From Eledone cirrhosa (lineage: Eukaryota), in NCBI GenBank assembly GCA_964016885.1, contig OZ024743.1, positions 175,212,001 to 175,276,000 on the forward strand: DNA of 64,000 bases. Direction: 5' to 3'. Positions 27,616-41,900 of the stretch are shown piece by piece (the first letter of the stretch is position 1; each line of letters starts with the position of its first letter). Both the position numbers and the translations under genes were made by a program. The notes below the pieces were generated by a model. That model did no database searches. It had not been told where the DNA came from and saw only the letters and a program-made list of their open reading frames with translations.

Positions 27616-29717
27616 GGATCAAATGAAACAAAACACATGTAACTACAATTCACAGAGGTGAATATCGCACCTCGTGTATTGGACGTTATTCGTGGTGTGA
27701 GTGGATATGCTAGAAATAATATGCCTTATTACACTCAACTTATAAACTCACCTAGTTAGGGATCCGAAATACAAATAAAATACAGAGTTACTAACTCATA
27801 TTGATACCCTGCAATTAAGCTCAAAGTATAAATACTGAGCATTATATAATAATATATGTAGAAATAAACACAGAGAATTCTGTGTCTAAAATTACGAGGG
27901 TAGAAAATACCACAATTGTTTTATATATTTAATCTGAATCGTACGTAAGATATAACATTTTTTGCATAAGATATAAACATTTTTTCATATACAGACCGTA
28001 TAAATAACTATTTCAACTCTCTGAAATAGTTATTGATACGGTCTGTATATGTAAAAAAATTTATATCTTATATAATTCAGATTATATATTTTATATGATT
28101 CAGATTAAATATATAAAACAATTGTGGTATTTTCTACCCTTGTAATTTTAGACACATAATTGTCTGTGTTTATTTCTACATATATTGTTATACACGTATA
28201 TATATATATATATATATATGAAAGGTATAGATTATGTTGTAGCGAGAAGCTAAAAGTATACTATAACATATATGCGACTATAGCGTCAAAATGGGAAAAA
28301 TAGTTAACGTAAGATGTGGGAAAATAATTCAAACTCATCTCAAAAAGAATCAGGATATAAATTCATCCACAGAATTTAGTGAAATCCAGGGAAAAATCAA
28401 TAGAGCCTTAACTCATGATAAAATAAAGTCTAAAATACTCATCCTTCAATTTGGAAAAACTTCAAATGCTCTGTATAGTCTTAAAGGCCATTTCATGAAC
28501 ACTTTCATTGGAGATGGTCACGGTTGGATTTCAATCGTCAGCAGAGCTCAATTTGATAACCAGGACTCTCACAGATATATATGCCAAAAAGGGAATTTTA
28601 AAACTGGCTGGTTCACCATCATGCGTGATTATGAAAAACGCACATGAGGAAAGACAGGGCTAGTGACGTCAGAATGATACGAATGTTTGTTTACAAGAAA
28701 CAACAGTCAAAAACATTCCGAAAAAAAACTCTACAAAAGGAGTTCAGCGAAAAGCAATATTATCGCAGTTTTTTATTAAAAAAACCGGGATTAGTCACAA
28801 AGAATTTAAGCACTCTAGTTCAAAAATCCGAGTATAAATATATAAATGAAAAGTATAGAAATTGTTGTAGCGAGAAGCTAACAGTATTCCATAACATATA
28901 TGCGACTATAGCGTCAAAATGGGGAAAATAGTTAACGTAAGATGTGGGAAACATAATTCAAACTCATCTCAAAGGGAATCAGGATATAAATTCATCCACT
29001 GAATTTAGTGAAATCCAGGGAAAAATCAATAGAGCCTTAACTCATGATAAAATAAAGTCTAAAATACTTATCCTTCAATTTGGAAAAACTTCAAATGCTC
29101 TGTATAGTCATAAAGACTATTCATGAAAACTTTCACTATAGATTGTCACGGTTGGATTTCAATCGTCAGCAGAGCTCAACTTGATAATCAGGACTCTCAC
29201 AGATATATATGCCAAAAAGGGAATTTTAAAACTGGCTGGTTCACCATCATGCGTGATTATGAAAAACGCACATGAGGAAAGACAGGGCTAGTGACGTCAG
29301 AATGAGACGAATGTTTGTTTACAAGAAACAACAGTCAAAAACATTCCGAAAAAAACTTAACAAAAGGAATTCCGCAAAAAGCAATATTATCGCAGTTTTT
29401 TATTAAAAAAACCGGGATTAGTCACAAAGAATTTAAGCACTCTAGGACAAAAATCCGAGTATAAATATATAAATGAAAAGTATAGAAATTGTTGTAGCGA
29501 GAAGCTAACAGTATTCCATAACATATATGCGACTATAGCGTCAAAATGGGGAAAATAGTTAACGTAAGATGTGGGAAAAATAATTCAAACTCATCTCAAA
29601 GGGAATCAGGATATAAATTCATGAACAGAATTTAGTGAAATCCATGGAAAAATCAATAGAGACTTTACTCATGATAAAATAAAGTCTAAAATACTTATCC
29701 TACAATTTGGAAAAACT

Positions 29718-29812
29718 TCAAATGCTCTGTATAGTCTTAAAGACTATTTCATGAAAAGTTTCACTGGAGATGGTCACGGTTGGATTTCAATCGTCAGCAG
29801 AGCTCAACTTGA
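29718..29812 (-). ncRNA. Type I hammerhead ribozyme (representative array monomer 3)
   Basis: UCAAGU-uga-GCUCUG-CUGACGA-u-UGAAA-(loop)-UUUCA-u-GAAA-UAGUC-uuuaa-GACUA-UA^CAGAGC-AUUUGA; predicted cut between 29730 and 29729. Confidence 0.85.
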
Positions 29813-29824
29813 TAACCAGGACTC

Positions 29825-29927
29825 TCACAGATTTATATGCCAAAAAGGGAATTTTAAAACTGGCTAGTTCACCATCATGCGGGATTATTAACAACGCACA
29901 TGAGGAAAGACAGGGCTAGTGACGTCA
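29825..29927 (-). promoter_or_regulatory. Candidate monomer-internal Pol II promoter (CRE plus TATA) upstream of the hammerhead
   Basis: Palindromic TGACGTCA (~29920-29927), and minus-strand CATATAAAT ~20 nt upstream of extended helix I; repeated per monomer. Confidence 0.3.
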
Positions 29928-32900
29928 GAATGAGACGAATGTTTGTTTACAAGAAACAACAGTCAAAAACATTCAGAAAAAAACCTCTACAAAACGAGTT
30001 CAGCAAAAAGCAATATTATCGCAGATTTTATTAAAAAACCGAGATTAGTCACAAATAATTTAAGTACTCTAGGAAAAAAATCCGAGTAAAAATATATAAA
30101 TAAAAGGTATAGAAATTGTTGTAGCGAGAAGCTAACAGTATTCCATAACATATATGCGACTATAGCGTCAACATGGGGAAAATAGTTAACGTAAGATCTG
30201 GGAAAAATAATTTAAAATTATCTCAAAGGAAATCAGGATATAAATTCATCCACAGAATTTAGTGAAATCGAGGTCAAAATCAATAGAGCCTTTACTCATG
30301 ATAAAATAAGGTCTAAAATACTTATCCCTCAATTTGGAAAAACTTCAAATGTTCTGTATTGTCTTAAAGTCTATTTCATGAAAACTTTCAGTGGAGATGG
30401 TCACGGTTGGATTTCAATCGTCAGCAGAGCTCAACTTAATAACCAGGACTCTCACAGATTTATATGACAAAAAGGCAATTTTAAAACTGGCTAGTTCACC
30501 ATCATGCGTGATTATGAAAAACGTACATGAGGAAAGACAGGGCTAGTGACGTCAGAATGAGACGAATGTTTGTCTACAAGAAACAACAGTCAAAAACATT
30601 CAGAAAAAAAACTCTACAAAAGGAGTTTAGCAAAAAGCAATATGATCGCAGTTTTTTTTATTAAAAAACCGGGATTAGTCACAAATAATTTAAGCACTCT
30701 AGGAAAACAATGAGAGTATTAATATATAAATGAAAGGTATAGAAATTGTTTTAGCGAGAAGCTAACAGTATTCCATAACATATATGCGACTATAGCGTCA
30801 AAATGGGAAAAATAGTTAACGTAAGATGTGGGGAAAATAATTCAAACTCATCTCAAAGAGTATCAGGATATAAATTCATGAACAGAATTTAGTGAAATCC
30901 AGGGAAAAATCAATAGAGCCTTAACCCATGATAAAATAAAGTCTAAAATACTTATCCTTCAATTTGGAAAAACTTCAAATGCTCTGTATAGTCTTAAAGA
31001 CTATTCATGAAAACTTTCACTATAAATAGTCACGGTTGGATTTCAATCGTCAGCAGAGCTCAACTTGATAATCAGGACTCTCACAGATTTATATGCCAAA
31101 AAGGCAATTTTAAAACTGGCTGGTTCACCATGATGCGTGATTATGAAGAACGCACATGAGGAAAGACAGGGCTAGTGACGTCAGAATGAGACGAATGTTT
31201 GTTTACAAGAAACAACAGTCAAAAACATTCAGAAAAAAACCTCTACAAAACGAGTTCAGCAAAAAGCAATATTATCGCAGATTTTATTAAAAAACCGAGA
31301 TTAGTCACAAATAATTTAAGTACTCTAGGAAAAAAATCCGAGTAAAAATATATAACTGAAAGGTATAGAAATTGTTGTAGCGAGAAGCTAACAGTATTCC
31401 ATAACATATATGCGACTATAGCGTCAACATGGGGAAAATAGTTAACGTAAGATGTGGGAAACATAATTCAAACTCATCTCAAAGGGAATCAGGATATAAA
31501 TTCATCCACTGAATTTAGTGAAATCCAGGGAAAAATCAATAGAGCCTTAACTCATGATAAAATAAAGTCTAAAATACTTATCCTTCAATTTGGAAAAACT
31601 TCAAATGCTCTGTATAGTCTTAAAGACTATTCATGAAAACTTTCACTATAGATAGTCACGGTTGGATTTCAATCGTCAGCAGAGCTCAACTTGATAATCA
31701 GGACTCTCACAGATTTATATGCCAAAAAGGGAATTTTAAAACTGGCTGGTTCACCATCATGCGTGATTATGAAAAACGCACATGAGGAAAGACAGGGCTA
31801 GTGACGTCAGAATGAGACGAATGTTTGTTTACAAGAAACAACAGTCAAAAACATTCCGAAAAAAAACTCTACAAAAGGAGTTTAGCAAAAAGCAATATTA
31901 TCGCAGTTTTTTTTATTAAAAAACCGGGATTAGTCACAAATAATTTAAGCACACTAGGAAAAAAATGCGAGTATAAATATATAAATGAAAGGTATAGAAA
32001 TTGTTGTAGCGAGAAGCTAACAGTATTCCATAACATATATGCGACTATAGCGTCAAAATGGGAAAAACAGTTAACGTAAGATGTGGGGAAAATAATTCAA
32101 ACTCATCTCAAAGAGTATCAGGATATAAATTCAGGAACAGAATTTAGTGAAATCCAGGGAAAAATCAATAGAGCCTTAACTCATGATGAAATAAAGTCTA
32201 AAATACTTATCCTTCAATTTGGAAAATCTTCAAATGCTCTGTATAGTCTTAAAGACTATTTCATGAAAACTTTCAGTGGAGATGGACACGGTTGGATTTC
32301 AATCGTCAGCAGAGCTCAACTCGATAACCAGGACTCTCACAGATTCATATGCCAAAAAGGGAATTTTAAAACTGGCTGGTTCACCATCATGCGTGATTAT
32401 GAAAAACGCACATGAGGAAAGACAGGGCTAGTGACGTCAGAATGAGACGAATGTTTGTGTACAAGAAACAACAGTCAAAAACATTCCAAAAAAAACCTCT
32501 ACAAAAGGAGTTCAGCAAAAAGCAATATTATCGCAGTTTTTTATAAAAAAAACCGGGATTAGTCACAAATAAGTTAAGCACACTAGGAAAAAAATCCGAG
32601 TATAAATATATAAATGAAAGGTAGAAAGACTGTTGTAGCGGGAAGCTAACAGTATTCCATAACATATATGCGACTATAGCGTCAAAATGGGGAAAATAGT
32701 TAACGTAAGATGTGGGAAAAATAATTCAAACTCATCTCAAAGAGAATCAGGATATAAATTCATCCACAGAATTTAGTGAAATCCAGGGAAAAATCAATAG
32801 AGCCCTAACTCATGATAAAACAAAGTCTAAAATACTTATCCTTCAATTTGGAAAAACTTCAAATGCTCTGTATAGTCTTAAAGACTATTTCATGAAAACT

Positions 32901-35900
32901 TTCACTGGAGATGGTCACGGTTGGATTTCAATCGTCAGCAGAGCTCAACTCGATAACCAGGACTCTCACAGATTCATATGCCAAAAAGGGAATTTTAAAA
33001 CTGGCTAGTTCACCATCATACGTGATTATGAAAAACGCAGATGAGGAAAGACAGGGCTAGTGACGTCAGAATGAGACGAATGTTTGTGTACAAGAAACAA
33101 CAGTCAAAAACATTCCAAAAATACCTCTACAAAAGGAGTTCAGCAAAAAGCAATATTATCGCAGTTTTTTATAAAAAAAACAGGGATTAGTCACAAATAA
33201 TTTAAGCACTGTATGAAAAAAATCCGAGTATAAATATATAAATGAAAGGTATAGAAATTGTTGTAGCAAGAAGCTAACAGTATTCCATAACATATATGCG
33301 ACTATAGCGTCAAAACGGGAAAAATAGTTAACGTAATATGTGGGGAAAATAATTCAAACTCATCTCAAAGAGTATCAGGATATAAATTCATGAACAGAAT
33401 TTAGTGAAATCCAAGGAAAAATCAATAGAGCCTTAACTCATGATAAAATAAAGTCTAAAATACTTATCCTTCAATTTGGAAAAACTTCAAATGCTCTGTA
33501 TAGTCTTAAAGACTATTTCATGAGAACTTTCACTGGAGATGGTGACGGTTGGATTTCAATCGTCAGCAGAGCTCAACTTGATAAACATGACTCTCACAGA
33601 TTTATATGCCAAAAAGGGAATTTTAAAACTGGCTAGTTCACCATCATGCGTGATTATTAACAAAGCACATGAGGAAAGACAGGGCTAGTGACGTCAGAAT
33701 GAGACGAATGTTTGTTTACAAGAAACAACAGTCAAAAACATTCCGAAAAAAAACTCTACAAAAGGAGTTTAGCAAAAAGCAATATTATCGCAGTTTTTTT
33801 CAATTAAAAAACCGGGATTAGTCACAAATAATTTTAGCACTCTAGGAAAAAAATGTGAGTATAAATATATAAATGAAAGGTATAGAAATTGTTGTAGCGA
33901 GAAGCTAACAGTATTCCATAACATATATGCGACTATAGCGTCAAAATGGGAAAAATAGTTAACGTAATATGTGGGGAAAATAATTCAAACTCATCTCAAA
34001 GAGTATCAGGATATAAATTCAGGAACAGAATTTAGTGAAATCCAGGGAAAAATCAATTGAGCCTTAACTCATGATAAAATAAAGTCTAAAATACTTATCC
34101 TTCAATTTGGAAAATCTTCAAATGCTCTGTATAGTCTTAAAGACTATTTCATGAAAACTTTCAGTGGAGATGGACACGGTTGGATTTCAATCGTCAGCTG
34201 AGCTCAACTCGATAACCAAGACTCTCACAGATTTATATGCCAAAAAGGGAATTTTAAAACTCGCTAGTTCACTATCATGCGTGATTATGAAAAACGCACA
34301 TGAGGAAAGACAGGACTAGTGACGTCAGAATGAGACGAATGTTTGTTTACAAGAAACAACCGTCAAAAACATTCCGAAAAAAACTCTACAAAAGGAGTTC
34401 AGCAAAAAGCAATATTTTCGCAGTTTTTATAAAAAAAACCGGGATTAGTCACAAATAATTTAAGCACTCTAGGAAAAAAATCCGAGTATAAATATATAAA
34501 TGAAAGGTATAGAAACTGTTGTAGCGAGAAGCTAACAGTATTCCCTAACATATATGCGACTATAGCGTCAAAATGGGGAAAATAGTTAACGTAAGATGTG
34601 GGAAAAATAATTCAATCTCATCTCAAAGAGAATCAGGATATAAATTCATCCACAGAATTTAGTGAAATCCAGGGAAAAATCAATAGAGCCTTAACTCATG
34701 ATAAAATAAAGTCTAAAATACTTATCCTTCAATTTGGAAAATCTTCAAATGCTCTGTATAGTCTTAAAGACTATTTCATGAAAACTTTCAGTGGAGATGG
34801 ACACGGTTGGATTTCAATCGTCAGCAGAGCTCAACTCGATAACCAGGACTCTCACAGATTTATATGCCAAAAAGGGAATTTTAAAACTCGCTAGTTCACT
34901 ATCATGCGTGATTATGAAAAACGCACATGAGGAAAGACAGGACTAGTGACGTCAGAATGAGACGAATGTTTGTTTACAAGAAACAACAGTCAAAAACATT
35001 CCGAAAAAAAACTCTACAGAAGGAATTCAGCAAAAAGCAATATTATCGCAGTTTTTTATAAAAAAAACCCGGGATTAGTCACAAATAATTTAAGCACTCT
35101 AGGAAAAAAATCGGCGTATAAATATATGAATGAAAGGTATAAAAACTGTTGTAGCGAGAAGCTAACAGTATTCCATAACATATATGCGACTATAGCGTCA
35201 AAATGGGGAAAATAGTTAACGTAAGATGTGGGAAAAATAATTCAAACTCATCTCAAAGAGAATCAGGATATAAATTCATCCACAGAATTTAGTGAAATCC
35301 AGGGAAAAATCAATAGAGCCTTAACTCACGATAAAATAAGGTCTAAAATACTTATCCTACAATTTGGAAAAACTTCAAATGCTCTGTATAGTCTTAAAGA
35401 CTATTTCATGATAACTTTCACTGGAGATGGTCAAGGTTGGATTTCAATCGTCAGCAGAGCTCAACTTGATAACCAGGACTCTCACAGATTTATATGCCAA
35501 AAAAGGAATTTTAAAACTGGCTAGTTCACCATCATGCGTGATTATGAAAATCGCACATGAGGAAAGACAGGGCTAGTTACGTCAGAATGAGACGAATGTT
35601 TGTTTACAAGAAACAACAGTCAAAAACATTCCGAAATAAAACTCTACAATAGGAGTTTAGCAAAAAGCAATATTATCGCAGTTTTTTTATTAAAAAAAAG
35701 CAGGATTAGTCACAAATAATTTAAGCACTATAGGAAAAAAATCCGAGTATAAATATATAAATGAAAGGTATAGAAATTGTTGTAGCGAGAAGCTAACAGT
35801 ATTCCATAACATATATGCGACTATAGCGTCAAAATGGGGAAAATAGTTAACGTACAATGTGGGAAAAATAATTCAAACTCATGATAAAATAAAGTCTAAA

Positions 35901-38900
35901 ATACTTATCCTACCATTTGGAAAAACTTAAAATGCTCTGTATAGTCTTAAAGACTATTTCATGATAACTTTCACTGGAGATGGTCAAGGTTGGATTTCAA
36001 TCGTCAGCAGAGCTCAACTTGATAACCAGGACTCTCACAGATTTATATGCCAAAAAAGGAATTTTAAAACTGGCTAGTTCACCATCATGCGTGATTATGA
36101 AAATCGCACATGAGGAAAGACAGGGCTAGTTACGTCAGAATGAGACGAATGTTTGTTTACAAGAAACAACAGTCAAAAACATTCCGAAATAAAACTCTAC
36201 AATAGGAGTTTAGCAAAAAGCAATATTATCGCAGTTTTTTTATTAAAAAAAAGCAGGATTAGTCACAAATAATTTAAGCACTATAGGAAAAAAATCCGAG
36301 TATAAATATATAAATGAAAGGTATAGAAATTGTTGTAGCGAGAAGCTAACAGTATTCCATAACATATATGCGACTATAGCGTCAAAATGGGGAAAATAGT
36401 TAACGTACAATGTGGGAAAAATAATTCAAACTCATGATAAAATAAAGTCTAAAATACTTATCCTACCATTTGGAAAAACTTAAAATGCTCTGTATAGTCT
36501 TAAAGACTATTTCATGAAAACTTTCACTGGAGATGGTCAAGGTTGGATTTCAATCGTCAGCAGAGCTCAACTTGATAACCAGGACTCTCACAGATTTATA
36601 TGCCAAAAAAGGAATTTTAAAACTGGCTAGTTCACCATCATGCGTGATTATGAAAATCGCACATGAGGAAAGACAGGGCTAGTTACGTCAGAATGAGACG
36701 AATGTTTGTTTACAAGAAACAACAGTCAAAAACATTCCGAAATAAAACTCTACAATAGGAGTTTAGCAAAAAGCAATATTATCGCAGTTTTTTTATTAAA
36801 AAAAAGCAGGATTAGTCACAAATAATTTAAGCACTATAGGAAAAAAATCCGAGTATAAATATATAAATGAAAGGTATAGAAATTGTTGTAGCGAGAAGCT
36901 AACAGTATTCCATAACATATATGCGACTATAGCGTCAAAATGGGGAAAATAGTTAACGTACAATGTGGGAAAAATAATTCAAACTCATGATAAAATAAAG
37001 TCTAAAATACTTATCCTACAATTTGGAAAAACTTCAAATGCTCTGTATAGTCTTAAAGACTATTTCATGAAAACTTTCACTGGAGACGGTCAAGGTTGGA
37101 TTTCTATCGTCAGCAGAGCTCAACTTGATAACCAGGACTCTCACAGATTTATATGCCAAAAAAGGAATTTTAAAACTGGCTAGTTCACCATCATGCGTGA
37201 TTATGAAAAACGCACATGAGGAAAGACAGGGCTAGTTACGTCAGAATGAGACGAATGTTTGTTTACAAGAAACAACAGTCAAAAACATTCCGAAAGAAAA
37301 CTCTACAAAAGGAGTTTAGCAAAAAGCAATATTATCGCAGTTTTTTATTAAAAAAATGCGGGATTAGTCACAAATAATTTAAGCACTCTAGGAAAAAAAT
37401 CCGAGTATAAATATATAAATGAAAGGTATAGAAATTGTTGTAGCGAGAAGCTAACAGTATTCCATAACATATATGCGACTATAGCCTCAAAATGGGAAAA
37501 ATAGTTAACGTAAGATGTGGGAAAAATAATTCAAACTCATCTCAAAGTGTATCAGGATATAAATTCATGAACAGAATTTAGTGAAATCCAGGGGAAAATC
37601 AATAGAGCCTTAACTCATGATAAAATAAAGTCTAAAATACTTATCCTTCAATTTGGAAAAACTTCAAATGCTCTGTATAGTCCTAAAGACTATTTCATGA
37701 AAACTTTCAGTGGAGATGGTCACGGTTGGATTTCAATCGTCAGCAGAGCTCAACTTGATAACCAGGACTCTCACAGATTTATATGCCAAAAAGGGAATTT
37801 TAAAACTGGCTAGTTCACCATCATGCGTGATTATGAAAAACGCACATGAGGAAAGACAGGGCTAGTGACGTCAGAATGAGACGAATGTTTGTTTACAAGA
37901 AACAACAGTCAAAAACATGAAAAAACTCTCCAAAAGGCGTTCAGCAAAAAGCAATATTATCGCAGTTTTTTATAAAAAAAACCCGGGATTAGTCACAAAT
38001 AAATTAAGCACACTAGGAAAAAAATCCGAGAATAAATATATAAATAAAAGGTATAGAAATTGTTGTATCTAGAAGCTAACAGTATTCCCTAACATATATG
38101 CGACTGTAGCGTCAAAATAGGGAAAAGAGTTGACGTAAGATGTGCGAAAAATAATTCAAACTCATCTCAAAGAGTATCAGGATATAAATTCATGAACAGA
38201 ATTTAGTGAAATCCAGGGAAAAATCAATAGAGCCTTAACTCATGATAAAATAAAGTCTAAAATACTTATCCTTCAATTTGGAAAAACTTCAAATGCTCTG
38301 TATAGTCTTAAAGACAATTTCATGAAAACTTTCAGTGGAGATGGTCATGGTTGGATTTCAATCGTCAGCAGAGTTCAACTTGATAACCAGGACTCTCACA
38401 GATTTATATGCCAAAAAGGGAATTTTAAAACTGGCTGGTTCACCATCATGCGTGATTATTAAAAATGCACATGAGGAAAGACAGGGTTAGTGAAGTCAGA
38501 ATGAGACGAACGTTTGTTTACAAGAAACAACAGTCAAAAACATTCCGAAAAAAAACTCTATAAAAGGAGTTTAGCAAAAAGCAATATTATCGCAGTTTTT
38601 TTTAAAAAAATAAGCGGGATTAGTTACAAATAATTTAAGCACTATAGGAAAAAAATCCGAGTATAAATATATAAATGAAAGGTATAGAAATTGTTGTAGC
38701 GAGAAGCTAACAGTATTCCATAACATATATGCGACTATAGCGTCAAAATGGGGAAAATAGTTAACGTACAATGTGGGAAAAATAATTCAAACTCATGATA
38801 AAATAAAGTCTAAAATACTTATCCTACAATTTGGAAAAACTTCAAATGCTCTGTATAGTCTTAAAGACTATTTCATGAAAACTTTCACTGGAGATGGTCA

Positions 38901-41900
38901 AGGTTGGATTTCAATCGTCAGCAGAGCTCAACTTGATAACCAGGACTCTCACAGATTTATATGCCAAAAAAGGAATTTTAAAACTGGCTAGTTCACCATC
39001 ATGCGTGATTATGAAAAACGCACATGAGGAAAGACAGGGCTAGTTACGTCAGAATGAGACGAATGTTTGTTTACAAGAAACAACAGTCAAAAACATTCCG
39101 AAAAAAAGCTCTACAAAAGGAGTTTAGCAAAAAGCAATATTATCGCAGTTTTTTTATTAAAAAAAAGCAGGATTAGTCACAAATAATTTAAGCACTATAG
39201 GAAAAAAATCCGAGTATAAATATATAAATGAAAGGTATAGAAATTGTTGTAGCGAGAAGCTAACAGTATTCCATAACATATATGCGACTATAGCCTCAAA
39301 ATGGGAAAAATAGTTAACGTAAGATGTGGGAAAAATAATTCAAACTCATCTCAAAGTGTATCAGGATATAAATTCATGAACAGAATTTAGTGAAATCCAG
39401 GGAAAAATCAATAGAGCCTTAACTCATGATAAAATAAAGTCTAAAATACTTATCCTTCAATTTGGAAAAACTTCAAATGCTCTGTATAGTCTTAAAGACT
39501 ATTTCATGAAAACTTTCAGTGGAGATGGTCACGGTTGGATTTCAATCGTCAGCAGAGCTCAACTTGATAACTAGGACTCTCTCAGATTTATATACCAAAA
39601 AGAAAATTTTAAAACTGGCTGGTTCACCATCATGCTTGATTATGAAAAATGCACATGAGGAAAGACAGGGTTAGTGACGTCAGAATCAGACGAACGTTTG
39701 TTTACAAGAAACAACAGTCAAAAACATTCCGTAAAGAAACTCTACAAAAGGAGTTTAGCAAAAAGCAATATTATCGCAGCTTTTTATTAAAAAACCGGGA
39801 TTAGTCACAAATAATTTAAGCACTCTAGGAAAAAAATCCGAGTATAAATATATAAATGAAAGGTATAGAAATTGTTGTAGCGAGAAGCTAACAGTATTCC
39901 ATAACATATATGCGACTATAGCCTCAAAATGGGAAAAATAGTTAACGTAAGATGTGGGAAAAATAATTCAAACTCATCTCAAAGTGTATCAGGATATAAA
40001 TTCATGAACAGAATTTAGTGAAATCCAGGGAAAAATCAATAGAGCCTTAACTCATGATAAAATAAAGTCTAAAATACTTATCCTTCAATTTGGAAAAACT
40101 TCAAATGCTCTGTATAGTCCTAAAGACTATTTCATGAAAACTTTCAGTGGAGATGGTCACGGTTGGATTTCAATCGTCAGCAGAGCTCAACTTGATAACC
40201 AGGACTCTCACAGATTTATATGCCAAAAAGGGAATTTTAAAACTGGCTAGTTCACCATCATGCGTGATTATGAAAAACGCACATGAGGAAAGACAGGGCT
40301 AGTGACGTCAGAATGAGACGAATGTTTGTTTACAAGAAACAACAGTCAAAAACATAAAAAAACTCTCCAAAAGGCGTTCAGCAAAAAGCAATATTATCGC
40401 AGTTTTTTATAAAAAAAACCCGGGATTAGTCACAAATAAATTAAGCACACTAGGAAAAAAATCCGAGAATAAATATATAAATAAAAGGTATAGAAATTGT
40501 TGTATCTAGAAGCTAACAGTATTCCCTAACATATATGCGACTGTAGCGTCAAAATAGGGAAAAGAGTTGACGTAAGATGTGCGAAAAATAATTCAAACTC
40601 ATCTCAAAGAGTATCAGGATATAAATTCATGAACAGAATTTAGTGAAATCCAGGGAAAAATCAATAGAGCCTTAACTCATGATAAAATAAAGTCTAAAAT
40701 ACTTATCCTTCAATTTGGAAAAACTTCAAATGCTCTGTATAGTCTTAAAGACAATTTCATGAAAACTTTCAGTGGAGATGGTCACGGTTGGATTTCAATC
40801 GTCAGCAGAGTTCAACTTGATAACCAGGACTCTCACAGATTTATATGCCAAAAAGGGAATTTTAAAACTGGCTGGTTCACCATCATGCGTGATTATTAAA
40901 AATGCACATGAGGAAAGACAGGGTTAGTGAAGTCAGAATGAGACGAACGTTTGTTTACAAGAAACAACAGTCAAAAACATTCCGAAAAAAAACTCTATAA
41001 AAGGAGTTTAGCAAAAAGCAATATTATCGCAGTTTTTTTTTAAAAAAAAAGCGGGATTAGTTACAAATAATTTAAGCACTATAGGAAAAAAATCCGAGTA
41101 TAAATATATAAATGAAAGGTATAGAAATTGTTGTAGCGAGAAGCTAACAGTATTCCATAACATATATGCGACTATAGCGTCAAAATGGGGAAAATAGTTA
41201 ACGTACAATGTGGGAAAAATAATTCAAACTCATGATAAAATAAAGTCTAAAATACTTATCCTACAATTTGGAAAAACTTCAAATGCTCTGTATAGTCTTA
41301 AAGACTATTTCATGAAAACTTTCACTGGAGATGGTCAAGGTTGGATTTCAATCGTCAGCAGAGCTCAACTTGATAACCAGGACTCTCACAGATTTATATG
41401 CCAAAAAAGGAATTTTAAAACTGGCTAGTTCACCATCATGCGTGATTATGAAAAACGCACATGAGGAAAGACAGGGCTAGTTACGTCAGAATGAGACGAA
41501 TGTTTGTTTACAAGAAACAACAGTCAAAAACATTCCGAAAAAAAGCTCTACAAAAGGAGTTTAGCAAAAAGCAATATTATCGCAGTTTTTTTATTAAAAA
41601 AAAGCAGGATTAGTCACAAATAATTTAAGCGCTATAGGAAAAAAATCCGAGTATAAATATATAAATGAAAGGTATAGAAATTGTTGTAGCGAGAAGCTAA
41701 CAGTATTCCATAACATATATGCGACTATTGCGTCAAAATGGGGAAAATAGTTAACGTACAATGTGGGAAAAATAATTCAAACTCATGATAAAATAAAGTC
41801 TAAAATACTTATCCTACAATTTGGAAAAACTTCAAATGCTCTGTATAGTCTTAAAGACTATTTCATGAAAACTTTCACTGGAGATGGTCAAGGTTGGATT

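Larger units (their letters stand above)
27023..28195 (-). mobile_element. Retrozyme-like element: 490-bp unit, ~1.5 tandem copies plus inverted tail
   Basis: 27361 and 27851 are in register (period 490). Copy 2 ends at 28021, then ~170 bp inverted (28022-28195). Hammerhead at 27525-27615; no ORF. Confidence 0.8.
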
